Shown here piece after piece: positions 1-10,911 of a stretch of 64,000 nt of DNA (position 1 is its first letter; the number at the start of each line of letters is the position of its first letter). The position numbers and the translations under genes were made by a program. The stretch is from Marsupella aquatica (Eukaryota; Plantae; Marchantiophyta): the NCBI GenBank assembly GCA_973895155.1, contig OZ316892.1, positions 3,103,223-3,167,222 of the forward strand, written 5' to 3'. The notes under the pieces were generated by a model that ran no database searches, was not told where the DNA came from, and saw nothing but the letters and a program-made list of their open reading frames with translations.

Positions 1-376
1 AGAGGTAGTCTTCGCTAGGGTTGTGATTTAGACAACATCGCAAGTGTTGCGATGCGTTTCTCCTCGGAATTTTTGCGATACGTTCACCGTGGCTCTTTGA
101 GATGGGGGTTGGTTCCCAAAAGCTTCGCAAAATGTCTATTTCATGGGTTTTTGTGTATTTGGGTTAGGGTGAGGGAGACCATTCATGGGTTTTGAAGGAG
201 GGAGGAAAGTGATGTTGACCCAGTCTGCCGCAATTAAAATGGCATTACTGAAAAAGTACAAAAGTTACAAAATGGAAGGGTAAAAACCCTTAGGTAAAGC
301 GCCACGGCCATGCATGCTGATCGCTATACATGTGAACTCGATGTAAGTGCTCTAGCTACAACCTGTCTACATCGAG

Positions 377-2545
377 CTAGAAAGGAGTGTTCCTGCCCCT
401 CCTTGCCTTCTTCCCCTTGGCCTTCTCCTTGCCCTTGTGTGCTCTTGGGGGGGGTGCAACCTGGACTTCCTCCTCCTCTTGGTCACCCTCCTCCTCATCC
501 TCATCCTCATCCTCATCCCCACCTCCACCGCCCTGGCTTGCCGCGCTACCACCCCCAGCACCACTGGAACGTGCTGATGCAAATGACTGGTCTCCAGTGC
601 TAGTTGGCCTGGCTTGAGTAGCAGGAGCTGTGCTCCCCTCCCCTATCCCCTCCACATCCTCATCACTACTATCGGTGCCACCCTCGGTATGGGAGTCACC
701 ATCCTCCCCTCCCTGCTTCCATTAGCAAACCAGGGTGTCTGTTAGTCTCATATTCTTTACAAGTGTGAACAAAAGAGATATTCATTCAAAATTGCAATGA
801 ATGTAATAACCTAAAAATTCTCACCAATAATTCATCAACTTGCTGAAAGAGATGCTCCTTCCCATGTTTCTGGCCCACCTCCATCTCAGCCGCCGTAATC
901 TTCCTCTTGTACCTCTTGTACTAAGCCAAAACAAAACCAGCACAATTGGGTTAACACCAACCCATAACCCGATTCACATGGCTTCTAAAAATTAGGGGGT
1001 TTGTTGGGGCTGGTGGGGTGGTGCATCAAGGTTTTGGGGTTATGGAGGGTGGCATATATGGGGAAGACCCTCAAAGAACACTTAAACAATCGGAAAATTT
1101 AAAAATTCAAATTTTTGAAATTTTGCGAAGGCGCCAGCTTCGCAATCATAAGGACAATTACATTTGCGAAGCTGGTTGTGATGCGAACGTCTTCGCAATG
1201 CCTTCGCAAACATAAGCAAAAAAAGGGCATAATAAGGTTTGCGAAGGATTTGCGAAGCTACCCGCATCGCAAATGTATTGCAAACTCTGTCATGGCAAAA
1301 ACCCGAGAGGGAAGCAACTGTACGTGACCTAATCTGACACAACAAGTCTAATTGTAACTACTTGGTGGAAATGCAAGAAAGAGTTGGCTCATTGCAGGTG
1401 TGTTGGAATAGGAATTGGAGTAGCAAGAAGTCAAGGGAGGAGAGGGAGGTGCACTCACGAATGCTGCTTTGAGGCCGGGGAGGCCACCTTGACCCAGCCT
1501 GTGGGTGATGTTGGGCTTGTCTCGGACTCGCTCAGCTGCCTTCAGGAACTTGTTGGGTGGATCGCCTACTTCTGCTACAACCTGCTGGAGCTGGGCTACC
1601 TTCTGCTCCATCACCTTCAGGTCCCGGTCAGACTTCCCGGCCTCCTTTGCCCTTTGAGCCTTTGCCAGCTTCTCTGTGAAATCATTGAGGAGCCTGGCTG
1701 CTTTCAACTTCACCTCTGTTTGGTAGAAGGCCTGCCAGATATCTTTTGAGAATTGCAGCGGCCTCTGCAAATTCCTATACTCCTCCAAATCTCTAAGGTG
1801 AGACCTGATCTTCATTCTATCATGGTATCTAGCTTGTGACATGGAGTTTGAAATTTTGTCAGCAAGCCACTGTGAATCCATCTCTCCTCCATTTCGAAAT
1901 GCATCTTTCACCTGATTGATGACTCACTTTTGCTCTGCCTTTGAGCGAGTGCCCCACTCGACTCCTCTTGCAAAATTTGTGGATACAATGTGCCTGATTG
2001 TGCTCTTCGCCCCATTGTAAGCAAGCTCGGTGGGAATCCCCTCATCCTCTAAAGTAATCAGAGGCAGCTTCCTCCTTGCTACCTCCTTCTTTCTTTGCTC
2101 CTCCCTTTGTTTCCTGATCAGGTCTCTCTCATCTTTCCTCCTCTTCTTTTCCAATGCTTGAGGCGAGAGCACTCCAGCCTGAGCTCTCTCGTCCCTCTTT
2201 CGCTTCCTCTCAGCAGCCGCCTGCTCTGCTGCCTTCCTTGCATCCTCCTCCACTGCTGCTTGCCCTGCAGTGAGACCTGCTTGCAAGGCTTGGCCCAGAA
2301 GGGCACTCAATGATGCCAGCCCTGCTGGACTGGTGAAATCAATTTGACTCAACTGTGCAACCAAAAAATGCTCATCCACAATCGCCTTCAATCAATCCCC
2401 CCCCTCGGTTGCCTCCGTTGCTGCCAGAAGCTCCTCCATCACCACCAGTCCCCTCTCCGCTCGCCATCGCTCCGTCCTTGCCCTCGTTGCTCTCCTCAGG
2501 CCTGAATGAACTGAATCCGCCTTGTCCGCGCTCGGCAATCCATAA
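377..2545 (-). pseudogene. CACTA TnpA/ORF2-like (Ptta/En/Spm-type) spliced gene, disrupted
   Basis: ORFs 2392-2655, 1924-2391 and 1348-1911 share one frame, broken only by TGA codons. The motif HRLGQGGL resembles the H(H/R)LGxGGY motif of CACTA ORF2 proteins. Donor TTC|GTGAGT after 1459; in-phase exon 920-825 (YKRYKRKITAAEMEVGQKHGKEHLFQQVDELL); acidic/basic last exon ~738-377. Start codon position is uncertain. Confidence 0.65.
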
Positions 2546-3199
2546 GGATTCAAAATATTAGGCTTTGCGATTCGTTTCGCATCGCAGTTTGCGATGCATC
2601 GGCCTTCGCAAAAAGCTTCACAAATTCTATCTTTGCGAAGCTTCAAGATTCGCAAAAGCCTTCGCTATTTGGTTTTGCCATAACCCCCGTCTCGCATGCG
2701 TATTTGATGTGTTGTTAGGGATACTAAGGGGGCTTATGAACATTAAATGGGGTAGATGTAGAGGATTATGTTGCATTTTAATGGGATGTGATGAGATAAG
2801 GATTGGGGGGTTAGAAAATTGAAGGAGTTATATTGGAGGGTAAGAGGAGGGGGTTTGGCCTGGTTAGGGGAGGGTTTCTTTTGTGAAGGTTGGGCTTAGA
2901 TTGGCTTAGATACGAGGGGTTTTATGTTTTGGGTTTGCAGGGGGGTTTTATTTATGAAGGTTGGGGTTATATGTATTGGAGGGTAAGAGCTAGGAGGGGT
3001 TTTATGTTTTGGGTTTTGGGGTTTAGGCCAACTTAGGAGGGTTTGAAAGAGAGGTTTCAGTTTTATAGTATCTTGGGTTACTTTTATGGTATCTTAGGAG
3101 GGTAACCAAGAGGGGTGGCATATAATTATGGTAGAGAGAAGCATAGGATGGTTGAAGGGAATTGACCATTTAGGTTTTTGCTAACTTCATTGGCTTACG

Positions 3200-4250
3200 C
3201 TTTTAGAGTTCCCAAGGGTCTATGGTGGGTTTTTATTGCATGACACTCACCTTTCACTTGAAGCGGGATGAGGTTTTGGTTTTTATGCTAACAATTGAGG
3301 GAAATCCCATGTAATCATGATCCAGTGCAGGACCATCACTGCTTCCTCAACTTTTGTCTAATGCATATGCATTGTGGGAACCCGGACATCTAAAAGGTAT
3401 ATTTAAACATGTATGTTAGCAGGGTTTGATAAAGAGATTGTTCATAAACCTTGCCCTTCTTTGTTGTGCAAGAATATCTATATGCACATGTTTGGGGGTC
3501 TACAACTTGAGAGAAGCTAATGGCTATCCAAACTTACTTTTTTGTTTCCAGTATTTTCCTCGTGCTTCTAGATTCAGCTCATGTTCAATGCGCCACATGA
3601 CCTACAAGCACTATTGAGTCCGGATCTCATTCAGGTAATTATTGTCCAACTTCATTCTGGGCTTAGGCCTTTAGAGTTTTCCCAGGGGTCTAGGGTGGGT
3701 TTTTATTGCATGACACTCACCTTTCACTCGAGGGGGGATAAGGGTTTAGGGTTTAGGGTTTTATGCTAACAATTGAGGGGAAAACCCATGTAATCATGAT
3801 ACAACGCAGGGCCAACACTACTACCTCAACTTTTGTCTAATGCATATGCATTGTGGGAACCCGGGCATCTAAAAGGTATAACATCATGTATACAGTCAAT
3901 GTTGTTAGTACAGATTTTTATGCTTGCCCTTCTTTGTTGTGCCATGATATATGTGGGTAAATGTCTAAGATTCCACAACTTGACGGCTGCTAATTACCAT
4001 CCAAACTTACATTTTGTTTCCAGTATTTTCCTCCTACTTCTAGATTTGGCAAATGTTCCAAAAGCCACGTGACCTATAGGCACTGTTGAGCCCGGGGTCT
4101 CATTCAGGTAATAATCTAACCTCACTTAGGACATAGGGTATTACAATTTTCCCAAAGGTTATAATGTGGTTTCTTCTTGCATGACACTCACCTTAATTTG
4201 GGTTTCATGCTAACAAATATAAAAGGGTAATAAAACCCCATGTATAAACC
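3200..4250. repeat. Diverged ~470-480 bp tandem duplication (about 2.2 copies) in the intergenic region of the CACTA element
   Basis: GCATGACACTCACCTT recurs at ~3238, ~3708 and ~4179. CCTCAACTTTTGTCTAATGCATATGCATTGTGGGAACCCGG and TCTCATTCAGGTAAT each recur twice with ~470-480 bp spacing. Confidence 0.85.
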
Positions 4251-4317
4251 AACCTAATTGTTTTTTGAGTTCATTTTTTTGAAAATCGCTTTATATATGG
4301 CCTAATTTTTCCTAATC

Positions 4318-4575
4318 ATGCCCTACATGCAATGTAATGTGGCAGTGGATATGTCCTCTTCCTCTGAACTATCCAGTAGTGAGTACTCCTCCTATGATTA
4401 TAGACCCCCTCCTCCTCAGCCCGAGGTTACCGGTCCTCGTGGTCCACCCCGAAGACTTTGTGACTGCACCAGATGTGTGGGCCAAATTTCTCAAAAATCT
4501 TATGTGTGTGCTCAACATATCGAGAGATATGGACGTCATTGAGGTCTTACTCCCGGGGCTTCTTCATCCCATATG
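4318..4575 (+). pseudogene. First exon of the CACTA transposase gene (transposase-associated Cys/His domain, PF13963-like)
   Basis: RRLCDCTRCVGQISQKSYVCAQHIERYG fits the CxCxxC...H...G pattern. One in-frame TGA at 4540. Phase-0 donor ATG|GTAAGT at 4575/4576. Confidence 0.7.
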
Positions 4576-4985
4576 GTAAGTTTGTTTCAATTGATTGCCG
4601 TTCTTTACTGTTATTTTTAGAGGTGAATCAATGTTTACACATATGATTTACACATTTGGTTGTTTGTGGGTGTTTGCATGGAATAGCAGTATGCGTAGAT
4701 TGGTGACACCACCACCCTATGTCCCATCACAAGGAGTTTTAGATGCTATAGGCAATGCACTTTCACAAGCCTTGGGTTTGGGAATTAGTACCAGTCATGG
4801 GACAGAAGGGGAACACCCTCATGTGCCCACTGAGACACGAAGACCCCGGTCCAAGCCCCAATCCAACAGGAGGCCACGAGCACCCAATGACCCATCTAGA
4901 ACACTAGTTCGGTAGGTGGGGTGTTTGTTCATTCACTGGCAAGTGTGCCTCTATCATCAAGGATTGGGAACCTATCACTCTTGGC

Positions 4986-5510
4986 TTGCCTTATTTTACA
5001 GATTTTGATGAGGAGATTGTGGTTTGGGGTAGACGTTGGATTGTGAAAACTTCCACACTTGGAGAGAGACATGGATATGGAGTATTTGCTTGTGAGGATA
5101 TCATCATGGATGAGGAGGGTGAGTCAAATGTTCATGGTAGAGAGGGTCCTACTTTGTTCCCATACGGTGGACCCATCTACAAGAGAAGACATTGGAACAT
5201 GATCCTTGCACAACATCCTGAGTGGAAAACATATGCTCTAGAGATGGATACTTTTGATGGTAGCACTAGAAGGTATAGTGAGCAGCGGGTGATAGACGGT
5301 GATCCCATACGTAATGGGAATATTGCTGGTTTCATAAATAGTACTGTGGGGACTCGGCCCAAGCGTAGGGCCAATTGTGAGTGGGTTTTTACTGATAGTC
5401 CAATGCCGACACCATATGGCACGACATATCATAAGGACCATTGCTTAGTTCTTGCTACTAGGACCATTAGAGCAGGAGATGAGTTATTCACACACTATGA
5501 GTGGGATTAG
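4986..5510 (+). CDS. SET-domain (lysine methyltransferase-like) ORF carried inside the CACTA element
   Basis: SET motifs in canonical order: HGYGVFACEDI (GxG/motif I), FPYGG (YxG/motif II), GNIAGFINST...ANC (motif III-like, NHS replaced by NST) and LATRTIRAGDELFTHY (motif IV, ELxxxY). The frame is open from 4908. The ORF lacks an ATG at its 5' end, so it is probably a spliced terminal exon. Confidence 0.88.
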   Translation: MPYFTDFDEEIVVWGRRWIVKTSTLGERHGYGVFACEDIIMDEEGESNVHGREGPTLFPYGGPIYKRRHWNMILAQHPEWKTYALEMDTFDGSTRRYSEQRVIDGDPIRNGNIAGFINSTVGTRPKRRANCEWVFTDSPMPTPYGTTYHKDHCLVLATRTIRAGDELFTHYEWD

Positions 5511-5723
5511 GAAATCATGTCCTTTATCCTCTTGCATCTATTTTGGACTTCCCATTTACTATTATATATATATGGCCTTTGGGCTCATTTTGGAGTAATA
5601 AGGTTTTAGCCCATGCATTTACTTTAATTCTTAATGTCTTGAATGAATGGTGTTAAGTCTATTTTAATTTGTTGTACTTGGTCAAATATACATGAGGAGG
5701 TTTTTTGGTTGTAATGTGCATAG

Positions 5724-8700
5724 AATACGCAACCATCTCAACAAATGTTACCACAAAGGTTGAGAGCAACATATCGGGAGATGGGTATGCCAGAAGAGGG
5801 AGAACCATCAGAGGGTGATTCCTCATCAAGTAATGATGTAGGTGGTGCTGATGAGGAAGCCGCACCTCGGACTGATGACCAGGTCATGCATGATCAAGAT
5901 AGAGCCATGGATGACTTCATGGTTGATTGGTTTGGTGTCGATGTTGAGGATGATGTGCCTCACATTGGTCATGAGGTTGGCCCTTCAAATGACCCACGGC
6001 CACAACATACTCCAGAGGGACAACAACAATGGAAAGAGGCAGAGGAACATGCTCGAACACCTATTTTTGAGGGTGCTCGGTTGAGCCATCTTTCTGCCAT
6101 ATTGGGGCTCTTGAACATTCAAGCCAAACACAAGACAAGCAATTCTATGTTATCAGACATATTTGAATATTGTCATGACTTGATGTTACCCTCGGAGAAT
6201 GTGTTGCCAGGGACTTGGAAGGATGCAAAGAAGGTTCTCTCATCCATTGGCATAGATTACCATATTATTCATGCCTGTGTGAATAATTGCATGTTATTTC
6301 ACGGGGATACAGCCCATATCACAGAATGCACAATGTGTCATGAGCCACGGTATGAGCCAAACATGCTAACCCAGAAGGTACCAAGGAAAGCAGTTCGTTG
6401 GTTCCCCATAATTCCTCGCTTGTTGCACATGTATAGATGTTCTGACTTGGCCGAGTTGATGGTATGGCACAAGAAACATCGTTCGGAGCCCGGTGTCATG
6501 TGATTACCAGTTGACTCTCCTGCTCATAAACATGTGGAATCAACATGGCCAGATTTTGAGCGTGACCCTCGGCATGTGCGACTGGGGTTGGCATCAGATG
6601 GAGTTAGCCCTCATTCACTTGGAGGGAAGGGGAGACCTACATCGGTCTGGCGTGTGGTTCTCATGAATTACAACCTTCCACCATGATTGTCCATGAAAAA
6701 GGGTTTTTTGTTGCTATCTTTGATTATCCCAGGGCCAAAGAAGGTGAAGAACATGGACACCTATTTGACATTACTGGTTCAGGAACTCCAGAAATTATGG
6801 GAAGGAGTATGGGCATATGATGGTCGAAAGACTACAGGGGGTACCCCACGGGTTTTCAAACTCAAAGGGGTTTGTATGTGGACCATGCATGACTACCCAG
6901 GTAAGAACTTTGTTGTTTAAATGCATCATATTCTAATGCATGGTATCCCCTCATTTCCATCATGTGCTAATCCTAACATAATGTGTGTTTATATGACCAG
7001 GATTTGGCTTTGTGAGTGGGTTGCAAACCCAAGGCTACAAGGCTTGCTCCACTTGTGGCCCAAGCCTTGGTGACGTAGCCAAGTATTCATCACATCTTCG
7101 CAAGATTGTTTATCTTGGGCATACAAAGTTTCTTCCAATGGGACATCAGATGAGGCATGACCCACTACTATTTTCCTCTATTGATATGCCCTTGCGAGCG
7201 TGATGTACCTGAGCCAACAACTTTTACACACTGGAAAGACATGGCTGCAAGAGTGGCAGACCCAGAGGATCCCATGCAATTTGACGGTAGTGGCTTGACA
7301 AGGTGGAGTATATTAACCACTTTTCCCTATTGGGGTGAGTTGAAGATCCGCCATCTATTAGACCCCATGCACATTGAGGGAAATGTGGGAAAGGCTTTGA
7401 TAAAGGCTTTCTATGGAGAGAAAGACACTAACTTCAGGGAGGCTTGTGAGGATCTTGAGATGCATCCAGACGTGTGGGTCATAAGTGATCCTATCACAGG
7501 GATCGAGCATCGACCTTCAACTCCATGGGTGCTTCCTATTGGCCAGAGAAGGGAGTTTCGGAATCGCATAGGAGACATGCGGTTTCTTACTGGTTATGGT
7601 GCCAATCTCCGAAAGGCCTTTGGGATGGAGGACAATCATAAGTGGCCAAGGTATCTCAAGACACATGACTACCATAGGTTATTGCAGCACATATTGACTG
7701 TGGCCATAATAGGTTTGGCAAGTGAAGAAGTGCAAGATGCCCTTTGGTCATTGGGAAAACTATTGAGATGGGTATGCTCTAAGGAGATATATACTGATGA
7801 GATCCCTGGGATGGAGGTTTTGGCAGCAGAGGTGGTATGCAAGTTGGAGAAGGCCCTTCTTCCTTCCTTTTTTGACTGTCAAGTGCATTTACTTGTTCAT
7901 CTTGTTCATGAGGTGACCATTGCAGGTCCTGTGCATTGTCGGTGGATGTATTGGCTAGAACGATACATGGCAGTGTTAAAAGGTTATGTACGTAACCGTG
8001 CACGGGTTGAGGGAAGCATGGCTACAGGATACTTAGCAGCTGAGAGTATGTTCTATTGTAGTAACATATTGGCCACAATTGATTGTACCTCTCCCCGTAC
8101 TTGGGTAGAGGAGAGGGAAGATGAAGAGGATCGTTTAACAGGTGCTAGGAAAACTCGCATGTTGACACCAGTGGAGGTGAAACAACTGACCACATTCATG
8201 TTGAGTAACAACACTATCATGGAAGAATGGAGGGATTTCTATGAGGATGCCAAAAGTAACAGCACAAGACCAAGGATTTTTCCAAAGTACCTTGACTATA
8301 TGAAGGAGAAGTTAGTTGAGGTGGATGACATGGTGGTCAGGGGAGAGTGTATTACATTTTCCGGCTATCACAGATGATGTTCGTACCATTGTTCATGGTC
8401 CCTTGAGAGTGGTTACAACAAGGACAGCAATGTGGACACAAGGAAGATATTTCAGGTGATCTCCATCTACCTTAGTAACCTTTGATTTGAATCACTTGGT
8501 TTAATTTAATTCATTTGTAATACAAGCACGTATATTGAAGAGGCAGATTCTTGGTGTGTTCAATTAATTGGAATATGTTTGTGTATATTTTTGTGTAACA
8601 TATCCTTATGGTTTGATGGATTTTAGGATTTCTTCCCTTGATGAGAAGAGGGGTCGTACCTTTGATTGTGGAGTTCAAGGACAATTCTCTCAAGATTCCC

Positions 8701-9114
8701 GCAACAGTCGCCATGACACAAATATTATTCGAGATGTTGTGCCACATTATGGAAAGGTAGAAGAGATTCTAGTGATATCTTATGATGCACAGTCAAAGTT
8801 TGAAGAGTATGTCTTCAAGTGCAAGTGGTTCAAAGTGAACCTTGCAGGTAACAATCCTATTGTGGTTCAAGATGAGTGTGGATTTACACAACTGAAGACG
8901 TCTGCCACTAGTTTCCAGCCATCTCATTGGCAAACATCAGAGCCGTTCACTTTTCCAAGTCATGTGGAACAATGTTTCTATATTCCATACCCCCCCAAAC
9001 CCAGAGGAATGGTCACTTGTCATCACATATGTGCCACGGTCTCGTTCAATCGTTGGGGAAAAGCCTGATATTCTGGTTGTGTCCCAACCTGAAGATGATG
9101 AGGACCAAGTTTGA
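5724..9114 (+). pseudogene. CACTA TnpD-type transposase (Transposase_21 + DUF4218 + DUF4216), disrupted
   Basis: Motifs IHACVNNCMLF, WFPIIPRL, RHVRLGLASDG, NYNLPP, LSLIIPGPK, WTMHDYPG, HLLDPMHIEGNV, LKTHDYHRLLQ, GPVHCRWMYWLERYMAVLKGYVRNRARVEGS and YGKVEEI...FKCKWF. Acceptor at 5723; introns 6901-7000 and ~8456-8626. Stops at 6501 and ~6684; frameshifts near 7170, 8360 and 8995. Confidence 0.95.
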
Positions 9115-10558
9115 GGGGTCTGTGTTTGTGGATATATAGCTACACGGATATATAGTTAGATTTGATGATATGAAGAATTCTCTTCTCGGTAGAATGGAGA
9201 AATATGTGCTTCTCAATTATCAATAAACTTATGTTTTGTAAGTATATCATTTTCAAATGTTGTTTTCTATATCTCCCATCCCTACCCCACACTCACCACA
9301 CCTTTTGGTAGACTTTATGCAAAGAAAACTCATGTTGCTTGTAGTCCTCTATCCTCCATGCTTTCCTAATCCCCCCCTAGCCGTTCTCCTTATTACTTGT
9401 ACCCACCTCCCTCCTCCTTTCTTTCATTGTCTGTCCCTCTTATTAAACCCTCCTTCCTCCTTCCTCCCCTTGTCCCAACCCCTTTCTATTTCAACCCTAT
9501 ACTTTCCTTACTTTCCACCCCTGTCCCCCACTCTTACCTATACAACCTAGCTTCTCTTCTCCCTCCTAAACCTATACCCTTAAACCTCCCTCATTTCCTT
9601 GTCCCTCTCTAAACCAATACCCTCCCTCCTTTACTTGTCCCTCTCTAAACCCTAAACTCCCTCCTTTTTATTTTCACTCCCTAAATCCAAACCCTCTCTA
9701 AAACTATATCTACATACCCTTCCTCCTCCCTCATTTCCTTGTGCCCCTAAACCTGTATCCTCCCTCTTGGATCCCTCCATTCCTTGTCCCTCCTAGCCCC
9801 ATTCCCTTCCTCCTCCTTTTCATTGTCCCTCCCTAAAAATTACATGTATCCACCCTCCTTTACCCTCCCTCCCCAATCCCATTCCTTTTCCACCTCTTTG
9901 AAGCGTTCATAATATTTTGCGAAACATCTTGCGAAACCCCTACACCCGCAAACTCATCGCTACATTTGCGATACTTAACTGCTCGCTAACTGCCATCATA
10001 AACTCATCACAAACTTCCGAAGATACCACCATCTCAAAGTTGCGAAACCAAAACATTCACAAAATGAGACCCTAGACAGGCACAGGATTTGCGAGCCTAT
10101 TACTATCGCAAGTTAGCCATTTCCTAAACATCGCTCATTTGCGAGACAAGAAGACTCGCAAAATATTTTGAGATGCTAGAATATTCGCAACTATTTAGTT
10201 TTCCGGCGCATCTCAATGAATTTGCGAAGCGGTAAAGATTGCTAAATCGTTCAATGATAATTACTTCGGAAATTTTTTGCGATAAGTGAAGTGTCGTAAA
10301 ATGTTGCGATCGTCTAAGTTTCGCAATTACGTGTTGCGATGTGGGTAGATTCGCTAAGTGCGATGCGTATCGTATCGCAAGTTTAGCGATGAGATTAATC
10401 TTGCAAAGCTTTCTTCCTCTTGTAAAACGCCTTCGCAAAATTGGCAAATATGTAGTAGTGTGAACATAAAGAATCTATTATGTTCACAAAGGTTTTTGTC
10501 CTCACCTCTATGTGTGTCACCTCTATGGGTACTCAGGCTAGTCTCTCTAGTTTCTCAT

Positions 10559-10911
10559 TGTTAGGATTTACTCTTAGGTCTAGAGTCATGACTGTACCGT
10601 AGTTAAGGCTAACCTTAGTTGCAGATTTGGTTAGGTTAGTCATGCTGTGCACACTCTATAACCAAGCGGTGTTTGCTTAGTTGGAGAGTGCAAACTCAAG
10701 GCTGCTCATTGTTACAGAGCTAGTTGAGAGATAGAGAGAGCTTGCGCTATGGATGCTTGGTATGGCCGGTTGGCCTAGAGTGCAATAAAGCTTGTGTGTG
10801 TTCCCGTGGACGTAGCCTCATGTGGAGGTGAACCACGTATCTCTCTGTGTCGACTCTTGCGCGTTGGATGGTTGATGGGCTTGCGGTTGCGATTGTTGTC
10901 TATGCTCAACA
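10559..10911 (+). mobile_element. Solo LTR (353 bp) with perfect 5-bp TSD
   Basis: TGTTAG...TCAACA termini flanked on both sides by CTCAT (10554-10558 and 10912-10916). Contains TATAA and AATAAA-like signals and the plant-LTR motif CCCGTGGACGTAG...GAACCACGTA. Confidence 0.92.

Larger units (their letters stand above)
1..10460 (+). mobile_element. CACTA (En/Spm, CMC) DNA transposon, decayed; left end lies upstream of the window
   Basis: Right terminus ...GGCAAATATGTAGTAGTG at 10460 (reverse complement CACTACTACATATTTGCC). Dense subterminal TTCGCAA/TTGCGAA repeats at ~9900-10445. Internal TnpD-type transposase and TnpA-like ORFs. The same motif at 1-130 suggests the left subterminal region. 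The TSD cannot be tested because the left end is absent. Confidence 0.93.

Noticed and set aside
310-617. Pro/His- and Ser-rich plus-strand ORFs
   Set aside because: Antisense readings of the acidic GAG/GAT repeat exon on the minus strand.
664-672. CACTACTAT as the left TIR of the CACTA element
   Set aside because: Only 8 nt match the right TIR. It lies in coding sequence of the minus-strand gene, and element-type motifs continue to the left of it.
3742-3760. Interstitial telomere
   Set aside because: Only about 2.5 TTTAGGG units within a G/T-rich TE tract.
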